A stretch of 64,000 nucleotides of DNA from Heterodontus francisci (lineage: Eukaryota), in the NCBI RefSeq assembly GCF_036365525.1, contig NC_090376.1, positions 92,299,914 through 92,363,913 on the forward strand, given 5' to 3'. This document shows, piece by piece, positions 13,450-25,700 of this stretch. Made by a program: the position numbers and the translations under genes. Positions within the stretch are counted from its first letter, which is position 1; every line of letters starts with the position of its first letter. The notes below the pieces were generated by a model. That model saw only the letters and a program-made list of their open reading frames with translations, ran no database searches and was not told the DNA's origin.

Positions 13450-16400
13450 ATGGTTTGCTTCTGAAGGCAAGGGAGGACAAATGTGGAGATGGGGCTGAGC
13501 TACTCGGTTATGGGGATGGGCAGCAATGAGGAGCTGCCATTCATACAGTGAGTACAGGCCAGTGGCGCTGAGGCACACAGATGTGTCAGAGAGGGGCTGG
13601 GAGGGAACAAAGGCGATGACCTCCACATAGGGTATACCGACAACGAATTAGTTTCCTGAATCTAATCGAGTACCAGTGTCGCCGATATATGCGCCGATCA
13701 AGGCAGATGGTAGCAGAGTTGCATGCCCTAGTGAAGAGCCACCTTCATCATTGCCAGTTGCGTCAGCGCACCATGCCAGTAACCATCAAAGTGACCATGG
13801 TGCTGAACTTTGCCTCTGGGTCCTTCCAAGGGGTGGCAGCTGACTTCACTGGCATCTCCCAGTCGGCTGCCCATCACAGCATATGGGAGGTGACGGATGC
13901 CCTGTTTGAGAGGTCTTCGGATTACATTGAGTTCACCACCGATGGGGCCACATAGGCACAGAGGGCAGTTGGATTTGCCTCCATCACTGCACTCCCTCAG
14001 GTGCCAGGTGTTCTCAGCTGCACCCATGTGGCCATCAAAGCACCGGCAGAGCAACCAGAGGCATTTGTGAACAGGCGGGATTCCACTCGCTCAACATTCA
14101 ACTGGTTTTCAAACACCAAAAATGTCTCCCCCCAGATCTGCATCGTATCTGGGCAGCTGCCATGACTCCTTCATCTTTAGGCAACTGCTGGTGCCTAACT
14201 GTTCATGCCACTGGAGATACTACATAGATGGCTACGAGGGGGCAAGGGCTAATCATTGAAGAGATGGCTGCTGACACTTTTATGCCAGTCCTCGAAGGAC
14301 GCACAGAGGTGCTACTGCTGCTGCCATCTCAGCACAAGGGACACCATGAGCAGGCCATCAAACTGCTCAAGTGCTCCTGTGCCTTGACCAGCCAAGGGGG
14401 CACCCTCTAGTATGCTCCCTCAAGGGTGCTTCAGATTATATTGGTCTGCTGTGCTTTTGGCAGCATAGCCCTCCAGACAGGTGTTGACCTTGATAAGGGA
14501 GAAGCAATGGAGCAGCACACATCCTTGGAGAGAACAGTGACCTAACCCCCGTAAGGACCGGTTGAGGTCTCTAGGTCGCACTCAGGATGGAGGGATGGTT
14601 GGGCTGCTCTGATTCAGCACATTTCTCCTGAAGGCATATGGAAAACAAGCAGCTCTTGATTTGACCTTTCTATGGGACAGGGTGCGCATCCACCAAGAAA
14701 ACAAATCATAAGCTTCCATGGTCCCTACAAGTTCCCAATTGCCACACTGTGTCAAATATCTCACTCATTTGCATCGCTCCACCACTTCACAATTTGTCCA
14801 CCTTTAACCCGTCAATTGTGAGACTCACACACGTCTGGGTGATATCATAATTGTCTTCATTGCAATACATTGCATCAGTGTAACATGTTAAAAGTATAAC
14901 CAAGTGAACCAAACCATGAGGTTAATGATGCAGAGGCCTCCAATCTCAGCTGCTCCTACGGGTTGCTCTCCCTATGGAAGAATCTGAGGTGGAGGCAGGC
15001 TGCTCATTTGTTTGTCGACGAGGCTGAGATGCCTACTGGCAGCTGTCCATGGCGCTGCGATGTCAGTGAGGAAATCGCAACAGAGTGACCCACTTGTGAT
15101 GCAGGGGCAGGCACTGCCACAGGGTCTTCCTGCATTGATGGTGTCTCACTTGGAGGGGCCAAGGGGATGTCAGAGAAGGTTGGCCCCCTCACACTTCATC
15201 ACCTGCCTCAGCCTTTTCATGGCCCGCTGAATGTCAGAGTGGATGACCAGCTGGAGCTCACCTGCAACCACTCTATACATCGTTGTGCCATCAGCCCCAC
15301 TGACTGGTCAGTCGTGCATAAAATGGCATTCGTTGTCTGGCCCTCAAGCATCCACTCAGCATGATGCCAAATATGGCTCTCCAAGAGGTTGGCCACTCTG
15401 TCAATGGATGAGCCATGTACTCACATGCCTGAGACATGGCGGTGCACATGTCATGGATGGACTCCTCCATTCTCTGCCCATGCCTCTGCAAAGCCTCGGG
15501 GAACTTGGCACTCATCTCCTGCTGTCGCTCAAGGAAGCGCGCCTTGTGTGTGACAGCCAAAGCTCGGCATCTCTGTCCATCTGAGCATGCTGTGTCTGAC
15601 CTCCACCCTCCGAAGGGGACTGCCCATAGCAGCCTCTGCGTCCCTCACCTCCCCCGTGATGTGTCGCTCATCCAGTGCCACCTGCGCGCTTGGGGTCCTA
15701 CTGAGGTTAGTGTGTACGTGCTCGTGGAGGGGGCGCTTCACTGTGTGATGGTGCAACCTTGCTCTCATCTTCCTCCTCTTCAAAGGACACTGATCCTATC
15801 ACTGAAGCCTGCATTGCCTCGCCCTCCACATGTAGGAGACATCTTAAGGTGGTTATGCTACATTGCCTCTGTCCTTATCTGCTTCTGCAGAGCTGCGCAG
15901 GCCCTTAGAGCCACTGCTTTGGCATGAAGGAAACCGGGGAGGAGGGAGCTCCATCCCTGTCACCTGAAGATGCTCAGATCTTTTCACCATGTCTTAGATG
16001 GACTCCACTCTCACCATCACCAACACCGTCATGTGTTGCCACCCTGGCCAGGTCAAGGGTGGCCTCCTCCATTGGTATCGGTATGGCCAGATTTGACACT
16101 TCACTACCTGACTGTGCTGTTTCTCTAGTTTTGTGCACTCTTTTCCTGCAAGATCAGGAGGATAAGAGTTGAGACCAATGTGCACTCCTTCACTACATTC
16201 AACTGCACCAACACATGTGATGACACTGGCCACAATGTTGCCTCCTGCACTTCTGATGGAGAGGTTAGCTTTGCCCACAGCACAATGATGTTCCTGGGCA
16301 TGCATCTATTGACTGTTCATGAGGACTATGCACCCTCAGTATACTTGTGACTGTAGACCTGGAGACCTGTCACCAGAGTACAGCATTGCACACTCGTTGC

Positions 16401-16902
16401 CAGTCTGCAGAAGGTCGTTAAAGCATTTGCAGCACTGAATCCATGTCTGACACATGATGCACCCAGTCACTTCCTTTGTTGCCTCCAGCAAAGATTGTTT
16501 GGTTTGACTAGCTAGCTGTCTGCTGCCGATTGCCAGGAAAAAAAATCGTGCCTTGCTGACACTGCCTCCGAAGAGTGCCTCAAAAGAGGCAACACTAAAT
16601 CGGGGTGCTGCCCTGGCATGGGTGCCTGACTCTGTGGAGATACTGATCCTTTCCTTCTGCCATCCTCCCTGTAAATTGGCAATCACTATAATGACTGCCA
16701 TTTCCTCTCTAAATCTCGCCTCCTTCACTCTTGTCCCTGCCTCCATTGCCGCTAATAGGGTGTCCAACCTGCCTTGGCCACTAATTGGCCTTCTCACTTA
16801 AAATCGTTTTGCACGTTATGCGTCGATGCAGCACAACACAGGTTCGTGACCCAGAAATGCGCCCACTGTTGGAGTCCCAACCCCAGTTCCAACATTCTGC
16901 CT
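13450..16902. mobile_element. Decayed PIF/Harbinger transposon: transposase remnant (+, ~13630-14470) and convergent Myb/SANT-like gene remnant (-, ~14950-16650)
   Basis: LNFASGSFQG..GISQSAAH..VTDAL, CTHVAIKAP..FVNR on +; RAAPRFS...TWIQCCKCFNDL on -; TIR-like aacattctgcct followed by ata at 16891-16905. Left boundary uncertain. Confidence 0.8.
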
Positions 16903-17253
16903 ATAATTTCCATTTGTAACTTTGCAAATGCTGAAATTGGCTAACTGCTGTGAGAAGTGACCAAAGTATAAATGGAACAGTTTTTTTTTACTGCAGGAAT
17001 GGTGCTTGGCATTGCATTTATATTGAACTAGCAGCTGAGCTTCACATTTGAGAGTGATCCCAGGAAGACAGTCTTAGTTGCATAGACCCTGAGACATGGA
17101 AGAGCAATTCATGCAAAGAAAAGTAAAATAACAAACAAGGGCATTTTTTAACTTCGGCTTTTTCCTAGGGAGACGGGCATTGTGATGGTGCATCAACATG
17201 TGACTTAACAGAAGAATGAAAGTTGCATTTTGTTTCTCTAAATGCTGAATCCT

Positions 17254-17610
17254 TAGGGTTGCCATCTCTCCAGAATTGTCCTGGAGTCTCCAAGAATGAA
17301 ATACTAATCTGGATACTACCTCAAGCAACTTGGGAGAAAAATACTTAAAAGTGTTTTTTTTCATTTTCTTTGAAAATTAATTTATTCGAAAAATATTGGA
17401 GATGAGAGAAAAAAGCTGTTTGATATCAAGAATCATACAATTGAGTAATGGAGCATCTGTTCAATTTTTAGTTAGTGTGGGAAGACAGTGTGCTGCAAGG
17501 ATGGAAGTGTTGGGTGATCTATAGCTGGAGCATGGGGCCAGGGCTGTTGGCGACGGGCGTTTGTGTGATGAGACTTCCAAGGCGTATATCCAACTCGGGT
17601 TGGCAACCTA
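17254..17610. mobile_element. Non-autonomous hAT-type MITE
   Basis: TIRs TAGGGTTGCCA / TGGCAACCTA; flanking near-direct repeats gctgaatcct / gcagaatcct. A related end fragment is at 8501-8560. Confidence 0.75.
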
Positions 17611-18049
17611 GCAGAATCCTTGATCTCAGCCATGCTTTTATGGAGAAATGCCTATCAGAAAGCAAGCACCTTCTGACAAGGATCAAGAGAAAATTCTAGC
17701 ATAAATCATCAGATTGCCATTTTGATATTTTATTGAAGCTGAACAGCTTTCATTGAAATCTGTGTGTGCAACTTTGCAGCAACTTCACATAATACAAATT
17801 TTGTGCATTTGCACTTAGTTCTGTCATTATTGTGACTTTGATAGTCTTGCTGGGGACCATTCTGACATCCGAGAAAGATTGATACAGGCCAGCAATGGAA
17901 AAACTGCACTGCTTGCTTGTGCAGACTGGCTGAGAAGGCATTCCAGGTGCAGCCAGATCCAAGATGGCAGACCCAATCAGAGCTAATTAGCATCTCTACA
18001 GTGGTGCTTTTCCTTTGGTGGACAAGATGGTGGGGAACCGAGGGAACAG

Positions 18050-18205
18050 TGCTTTAGGCACTAGCCTTTGACCTCTGAGACCCAGATTGAGTTTGAAATC
18101 TCCTTTGTCTACTGACTATAATATTCCATGGCCAATGAGTTTACTCAGTTTCAATCTAGAGGGCATGGATCACAGCTGTAAAATAATTTGGCATTAAATG
18201 GCAAT
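18050..18205 (+). mobile_element. Possible ancient LF-SINE-like remnant
   Basis: Ordered motifs agcctttgacctct ... aatgagtt ... ttggcattaaatggca resemble the LF-SINE consensus as I recall it; heavily diverged. Confidence 0.35.
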
Positions 18206-18304
18206 TATCACATAGGTCATAGGATGACTAGTGACGGAAATGGAAATAATGTCGAAGAAACATATTTTTTCTGCTATACTTAAACTTGGCGAGACCACTG
18301 GAAT

Positions 18305-18635
18305 TAAAGGCCTGCTCGCGTCTGCAAAAAAAACCCGACCCGACTCCAACAGAACCACATCCAACCCAAGCCCGACCTGGCCCGCGTCCTTCCATTTCCC
18401 CCCAACCCAACCCGAGCATCAGTTAGTTTACTTTCCGTTTTTCACTTTCCTGCTGATCTGCACAAGCTTAAAATAACTGTAACAAAACCACCTTTCTAAT
18501 TCAAAAATTAAATTAACAGTGGAGCCACTTACCTGTGATAGAGCGTGTCGGACCCGGAAGTGCGACCCGACCGGAACCTGACACCGACACATGTTGTCGG
18601 GTCCCGTTGGGTTTGGGTCGGGTAGCAGGCCTTTA
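18305..18635. mobile_element. hAT-superfamily MITE, 331 bp
   Basis: Perfect 12-bp TIR TAAAGGCCTGCT / AGCAGGCCTTTA; perfect 8-bp TSD ACTGGAAT (18297-18304, 18636-18643); internal ACCCGA/TCGGGT repeats. Confidence 0.93.
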
Positions 18636-21275
18636 ACTGGAATGCATTTGATACACAGATATAGTTGCTAACCGAAGATGCTTGAGCATAGTCTATAAAG
18701 TAGTTTGAAAGCTGTAACCAGTTTTTTTTAATGGATGTGAAACTACAGAAAATCTCAGTGTAACAGCTGTTGGCTCCATAAATTATGTATAATAAATGTG
18801 CAGTACAATTGCACAATAAATTGACTAACACCTGGACGTTTTCAAATAATAGAGGAGTTTAGAACTTTTCTGTAGTTCATTGATGGTCTCTAGTGGTAAT
18901 AAATAAGTACTGTAGCAGAGTGCACACAAAACATAAAATGTGAATATATTAAAAATGTCCCATTAATGTGTGCAGGCATCATACTTTATTATAGATGCAA
19001 AATAATCTTAAAATGATTGATGCTTTTAATGTCCAATCTGGAACTGACCACATACATAAAAGCTTCTCTAACCAAACAAGTTATATATTAAAAACTGTTA
19101 TCTCTGATCCTAACTCTAGGAACAGACCAGCTTACACACAATTCCATCATAGTAGCAGAATAAAACATATTGGCCTGGATTTTGCTATAAAAGTAACGGC
19201 AAAGTTATCAGTGCTCACCATTATTACAGGGTAAATCTGACCAGAGGTTGATGTCAGTGATACCCCTCTCCTCCATTGACTGCACTTGCAGTCTTTGATT
19301 TCTGTGCAAATTCTATGTAATAGCGTGAACTTGGGTTCATTCTCCACTTGTTTTGCATTAAAAATTGCTGAGAAAGCAATTCAGCATTCAGCAGTAGTAG
19401 CTGTAGGCCTCCGTCCGTCTCGGAAGGCGATGGACTGCGCCCAGGGTGTATCACTTCTGAGTTGAGCATTGCCTGTTGTGGCTGAAGAGGCCGACTCATG
19501 AGTGGCAATCCCTTCTACAACTGGCACGGATGAATATCGTTGACCTGAGGTCAACAGATTTTTTTTTCCTTCCGCCAGACTCTCTCTTCCACCATCTGGT
19601 CATTTCTTTTAACCTCTGCTTTTTTTCACGCCGTTCCTGACTGCCATTCTCCAGGAACTCCAGTCAACAGCAAGGACACTGATCCTGGTGACTTTAAGCT
19701 CTTGCTTGCAGACATCCTTGTATCACAGATGTGGGTGACCTGTTGGTCTCGTGCCAATTGCAAGCTATCCATAGAGCACGTCTTTGGGGATGCTATTGTG
19801 ATCCATTCAGCACTGATGACCCAGCCAGTGGAGTTGCTGCTGACTTGAGGGCAAACATGTTGGGGATCCCTGCATGCTAATGTACTTCCATATTCGGTAC
19901 TCTTCACTGTCAGGAGATGCCCAATATCTGTCTGAGGCAGCGGAGATGGAAGCTGTTCAGTCGCTTTTCTTGGCTTGCATTAGTTGTCCATGCTTTGCTA
20001 CTATAAAGGAGGATGTTGAGAACACAAGCCTGGTATACGCGGAGCTTTGTATTTTCGGTTAGTTTGCTGTTGGTCCACACTCATCTCAACTTTGACATGA
20101 TAGCTGCAGCCTTGGCAATCCTGGTGTTGATTTCAATATCAATGGTCAGATTGCTGGTGGTGCCACAAGAGTTTTTTTAAAAAACTAAGAAGTTTGTGTG
20201 CCTTTATGACTGAGATAAAAGGACATTCTGTGAACATTGAATGCTGACGGTGTTTGAAGTGTCCAGGCTGTAAAACCTGTATCCAAGCAACAGGAAGATT
20301 TATGAGTGTCTTGTGACTTGGTTGTTGAAAGCTTTTAGTTTCAGTTTTGCAGAGTGAAACAGCCCAGGGAGCTGTGAGCAGCTAGCAGTGAGCTGGCTGG
20401 GACTATGATTTACTGATAGACCAGATAAAAGACCTACTCTCTCTGAAAAATAAGCCTTGCATCTCAATGAAAGAAATACTACATTTAAGTTGTGGTTTTG
20501 ACCTGCCTGAAGAGAGAGAAAAGACCCAGGAAAAGAGGAGGTGCTACACTCTGTGGAGGAACACTGCTTGGAGAAAGGAAGCCCTGTGTTTCGGGTGTGG
20601 CAGATTACTGTTGCCTCCAGTCTCAAGAATCCCTGCCTCAAGAGTGAGTCCTGTTGCTTGCCTTTTGTGTTTTTGGGTGATCCTGAAATCTCAGGAAAGT
20701 TTCTACTGTTAGACTGCTACTTTAAGATTTAAGTAGACCTGTTGTTACACCTTTTGCTGAAAGCTCTGTGTGATGCCTCCTGCAGACGAATTGCCTTGAA
20801 TGCCTACCCATCACAGACTGTTCATCAATCTCACCTGGAGAGATTTTGAGCGACATCTGACTATTTGACTCTGGGACACCTCACCGATCTGGAAATATCT
20901 TACCAGAAGTTACCCAGTTGTTTTATTATTCCTAAGAAACCAGGGCAACTTAAAACAACCTTTTAAAACCGGTTTACCTTTGTTTTTGAATGAATGTGTG
21001 TGTGCATGAGGGTTAGGGAGAATAAGGAGTTATAAAATCTTTTCATACATATAGATCTATCTCATTATCGTTTAAAACTTGGTATATTAATAAATAGTTA
21101 ATTTTGTTGTTGTTTAAAGAAACCTGGTTTGGTGTGCTTTATTCTGGGGATAAATAAAGTGTTTAATTTGGCTAATTTCCGGTAGGTGGGAAACATTACG
21201 AATATGCTGTGACCTGTGGAGTAGTGGGACTGAATTAATAGTGCATTACTCCTGCCTTGGTGGTAACATATTAAT

Positions 21276-21293
21276 TGGGGGCTCGACCAGGAT
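21276..21293 (+). promoter_or_regulatory. Primer-binding site complementary to the tRNA-Pro 3' end
   Basis: TGGGGGCTCGACCAGGAT vs the canonical tRNA-Pro PBS TGGGGGCTCGTCCGGGAT (16/18), 7 nt after the LTR end. Confidence 0.85.
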
Positions 21294-21769
21294 TCAAATC
21301 CAACACTAATTACGTGAATTGTAAGGGGAGTAATAATTTGAAAGAGAAAAGCAAAGGTACCAGGTTTCTTGTATAAGGGTAAAGACTATACCATCGGAAT
21401 GGCATGAACAGTTACAGCAGTTTTTCTGCGAAAAGAGAATGTGTCCCTCAGTGACTTGAAAACTTTAAGCTTAAATTGAACGAGTTGGCAGCACAATTGT
21501 GGTTAGAATTGAAATCAGGTGCTAAAAATGCATAGATAATTGACGAAATAGCCCAACATTTAAAATTAGAAGATGATTAACATGAAGGTAGCAAGACAGA
21601 GGGTGATGCAAATGAATTGGCTCGAATTCAGTTCCAAATGAAACATCTTGAGGCTGAAAAAAATGAAAAAACTTAGGAACAAGAATTGAAAAAACTTAGG
21701 CTTCAATAGGAAACCGAGAAAGAAAAAGCAATAGCAATAAGAAAACTTGAACTTTAGAGAAAATGTGAA

Positions 21770-22783
21770 AGAAAGTCCATCTTCGCGCATGAGCAATAAA
21801 GCGTTATCGGGTATCTAGCCCTGCCCGCCCCCCCAAACTTGGCTGGAGGAAGCGGCTGAATGGGAGACTTTGAGGCTGGAGCTCTCCCCCCATGGCAACC
21901 CGCTCCAGGCCTCGACGCTTCCTCCCCTCAGCCGCTCGCTCCAGACTTCACTGCCCCCCCCTACTCCCCGAGCCGATTGCTCCTCGCTTTGCACCATCCG
22001 CTCTCTGGCCGCTCGCTCCCCCCCCCAGCCACTAGCTCCAGGCCGCGCCCCTTCCCTCCTCTCGTCCACTCGCTCCTACGTCGCTCCGCCACCTCTTGCA
22101 GCCTGCCTACTTCTTCAGACAGAGCCTGGTGACTGATGAAGCTTGGGAACGAATGGTGTGGCCAGAACTAGCGGCCGTGGGGGTGGGGGGGGTTGTGGAG
22201 ACAGAGAATGGGGTGGCGTGAAGCGAGGAACAATCAGCCAGGGAAGTGGAGAGGAACAGCGAGGTCTGGAGCAAGCGGCTGAGGCGGGGGGGAAGCAGCC
22301 GGAAGGGAGGAGGGGCAGAAAGCAAGCTGCTGAGGGGGGAGAGCGGCCAGTGGGGCGGCACTAGTAGCTGCGTTCGGGTGAAATCAGTCCTGGTCAGTCA
22401 TATAAACGAATCACAATTACGAATTGGCAGCACATTTTATAATCTGTCTGATTTTCCTTTCCATCAATCGGGGTGCTAATTCTCTATCTTCCAATGGAAA
22501 TTCAATCATAAAATTCCTTTTGCATTTAATAGGATTACTGAAATGTTAAATGGATCTGAGGATTACAGTTAGTATCCTATAACTACATTGCATATTACTG
22601 GGCTTCCATCCAACTTAATGTAAGGTTAGTTTGCTGTAACAGTCTCGCCATGAGTAATTCCTGTGATAAATTGAGCAGCGCCATCTTTACTCCTGGCAGC
22701 TGCCTGAATGTTGAAGAGCCTGCATTTGCGCATGTGCAAGAACTGCGTCACCTAGTGGTTGTGTTGTCAGCAAATGTAGCCTT
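21770..22783. mobile_element. Unclassified GC-rich fold-back element, copy 1
   Basis: C-rich arm ~21880-21995 is a degenerate inverted repeat of G-rich arm ~22212-22345; the end at 22668-22781 is the reverse complement of 53545-53680. Confidence 0.7.
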
Positions 22784-25700
22784 AGGGAAATAAGGAGATT
22801 TTCGTATATATAGATTTAACTCATTAGTGGTTAAGACCTTTTTTTCCTAATAAATAGTTAATGTTGTTGTTTAAAGAAACCTGGCTGGTGTGCTTTATTC
22901 TGGGAGACAAAGAGTCTAATTGGCTATTCCTCGGTAGGTGGGAAAAGTTGTTTATATGCTGTGACCTGTGGAGAAGTGGGACTGAATTAACAGTGCATTG
23001 CTCCTGCCTTGGTCGTAACAACAGCAACTCACGGACTAGGACTTTACGCGCTTGGTGCGTAGTCTTGCCAAGTTGAACAGCTTGCTGTTAGCTTTGGTAT
23101 GCAGGTGGACACCCCCATTTGAGTCGCTGAAAGCATACAATAGCAGCATGGAGAAGAATATGCCAAAGAGAGTTGGTGCCAGGACACAGCCCTGCTTTAC
23201 CCCGCTGCTGATCTTGAAAGTGACTTATGTTGCTCATTGTGACATACGGAACTATGCATGTTCTCATGGAAAGAAGAGATGACGCCCAAGAGTCCAGGAG
23301 GGCAGCCTATTTTCCATAGCAGTTTGAAGAGTCCGTTTCTGCTGACAAGATCGAAGGTCTTGGTGAGGTCTGTGAAGTCAACGTGGAATGGTCTGTGCTG
23401 TTCACGGCACTTCTCTAACTGCTGAAGTGAGAAAATCATGTTGACTGTCAATCTGCCAACTCTGAAGCCGCACTGAAACTTCGGATAGATGCGTGACTCC
23501 AGGGTCTGAAATCTGGTCAGAGCAAAGATCTTCCCCACAATACTTAACAAGGGATGCCTTGGTAATTGTTGCAGTCACTGCGATCCCCCTTATTTTTGCA
23601 CAAAGTGACTATGTTTGCATCACTCATGTCTTGAGGCACAGATCTTTCCTTCCAACAAAGACACAGAAGCTGTACTGCAGCAGTACTGGTTTTCTACTTT
23701 TGATGATTTCAGATGGAATGCCATAATTTCTCGGGGCTTTACCACGAGTAATACGCTCGATGCCCTTGTTGAGCTCAACTATGGTGGGCTTGCTGTCCTA
23801 AGAGGAAAGCCTGGAATGGCGCTGAGAGCTGCTTCAGTGGAAGACCCAAGAGTTCCTCAATATCCTTAATCAGGCTCTTTTGGACAACAATGCCCAAGGC
23901 CAGAGTGCGCTGTCAAAATGGGATCATCTGCATGTCAACGTTCTCCATTGCGTAGAGTTCGAGGTAATGCTCGACCCACCTTTCCATCTGTTTTCTAGGT
24001 TCAGTGATGATCACCCTTGTCTTTGTCTTGAAGAGCTGATTTAGTTCCTGCTGGGCCCATTGCTTTCTTAACTCCTTCACACATCCCTGCAGCATCCCCG
24101 GATTCAGCAGCAGATTCTATGCTATTGCGGAGTTTCAACCAGTATTGATTGGCGCAGTGCCAAGCAGTCTGCTGGGACTTGTTTCTGGAAGCTGTGAGAG
24201 CATCCAGGTTTTGCTTGCTAGGGACTTGCTTGTAGTTCACGAGGGCTCGCTGCTTAGTTGCAGTAACTGGCTCCATTTCAGTCCAATAAGCCTCAAACCA
24301 GTTAGCGTTTCTCTGATTTCTTTTCCCATGCGCAGTGAGTGCAGAGTTATAGATGGTGACATGCAGATGATCCCATTTTGACAGCGCACTCTGGCCTTGG
24401 GCATTGTTGTCCAAAAGAGCCTGATTAAGGATATTGAGGAACTCCTGGGTCTTCCTTGGGCCAGTGGTATGGCAAGTGTTGATCCAAGGATGACCATTCT
24501 TCTTGGAGTGGTGTCGCTTCTTCGGCTGAAGCCTGACCTTGCTACACACCTTGGAGTGGTCAGTGTCACAGTCAGTGCTGTGATAACTGTGAGTGATGAG
24601 GACACTTTTGAGTGTGGTACATGTGGTGATGATAAGGTCTAGCTGGTTCCAGTGGCATGATCTTGGATGTCGCCAGGGCACCTTGTGGCATGGCGTGACT
24701 TGGAAGTAGCTGTTTGTCACACAGAGCCCATGGTGACAGCACAACTCTGGCAACCTCTGATCATTTTTGTTCATCCTGCCAATCCCCTGGTGCCCTGTAC
24801 ACATTGGTCAAGCCGTCAGTACCCCAGCCTTGCGTTGAAGTTCCCTAGAAGGGACAGTCCCTTGGTGCTGGGAATTCTATTGATGGCAGCATCAAGTATT
24901 CCATAGAACTGATCCTTGACATTTGACGTGGAGTGTGTGTCGGGGCACAGATACACTGAGATTAACTTGGCCCATGCTTGTTGACAAGTGAAGAATGAGA
25001 AGTCTTTCTCAGCCTTCTGTGGGGGGATTTACTGCGAAATCCACCCCATGCCACGTGTTATCTCTTCTGCTTTCCCCTGCCAGAAGAACGTGTAGTGTTT
25101 CTCTTTTAGGGAACCACTTTGAGCGAGCCTAGTTTCTTGCGGCACAGCAATGTCTACATTGAACCTTGTAAGTTCTTTGTCGATCTTTGTCTTGAGTGTG
25201 TCATCAACCTGCAGAACGTGGTTGGCAAGAGCAGGAAGCATTGTCCTTATGCTCTTGCTTGCAATGCAAAGAACTGGTGTCTTCTTGGTTAAGTTTTTCT
25301 TGTAGATTGTCGGCCCGCCTGTTTGACAGATTACTCTCTAAGCTCCAAGCACCCATTGAAGCAAGCGGGTCATGGCAGGACAGCTCCGAACTGACTGGAG
25401 GCTGCCCAGCTTGGGGCGGGTGGCAGCTATCCAATGAGAGGCGATGATCTCTCCCACTGTTGGAAGTAACCCCTTCCACTCTTACTCTACACCAAATGAA
25501 AGAGAGCTTATAACCGGTAACTTCCCATGTTGTGCCAATGTTTAACCACAAAGCTGGAGTGTTCTGTCCAGGGCGCAGGCCTGGGCAAATAGTATGGAAA
25601 TCCTGAGTTGCCCAAGCATCAGGACCCTACCTCTCGGCGTTGCTAGTATAAGAACATAATGCAGGAGTTCTTCAGCGACAGGAGACAACAGGAATCTTCC

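Larger units (their letters stand above)
20161..23020 (+). mobile_element. Deletion-derivative gypsy (Gmr1-like) element: LTR 20161-21268, PBS, gag 5' remnant, inserted GC-rich element, LTR 3' end 22785-23020
   Basis: TG...AACA termini; 21020-21268 is repeated at 22785-23020; PBS tgggggctcgaccaggat at 21276-21293; 21399-21760 resembles the gag start at 39993-40330. Confidence 0.82.
19395..25650 (-). mobile_element. Near-full-length decayed RTE LINE (19395-20160 and 23021-25650), interrupted by an LTR element
   Basis: 5' UTR and AP endonuclease (DIAVPQETRL, WRHPRSCHWNQLDLII, DCDTDHS), RT (LSIVGKIF, DLTKTFD, KLFNLARL, VRELL) and a short CTA-repeat 3' end near 19395. Confidence 0.88.

Noticed and set aside
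13689-13955. Host HARBI1 gene
   Set aside because: Stops, frameshifts and a lost catalytic Asp (LSCTH in place of IDCTH) indicate a transposon fossil.
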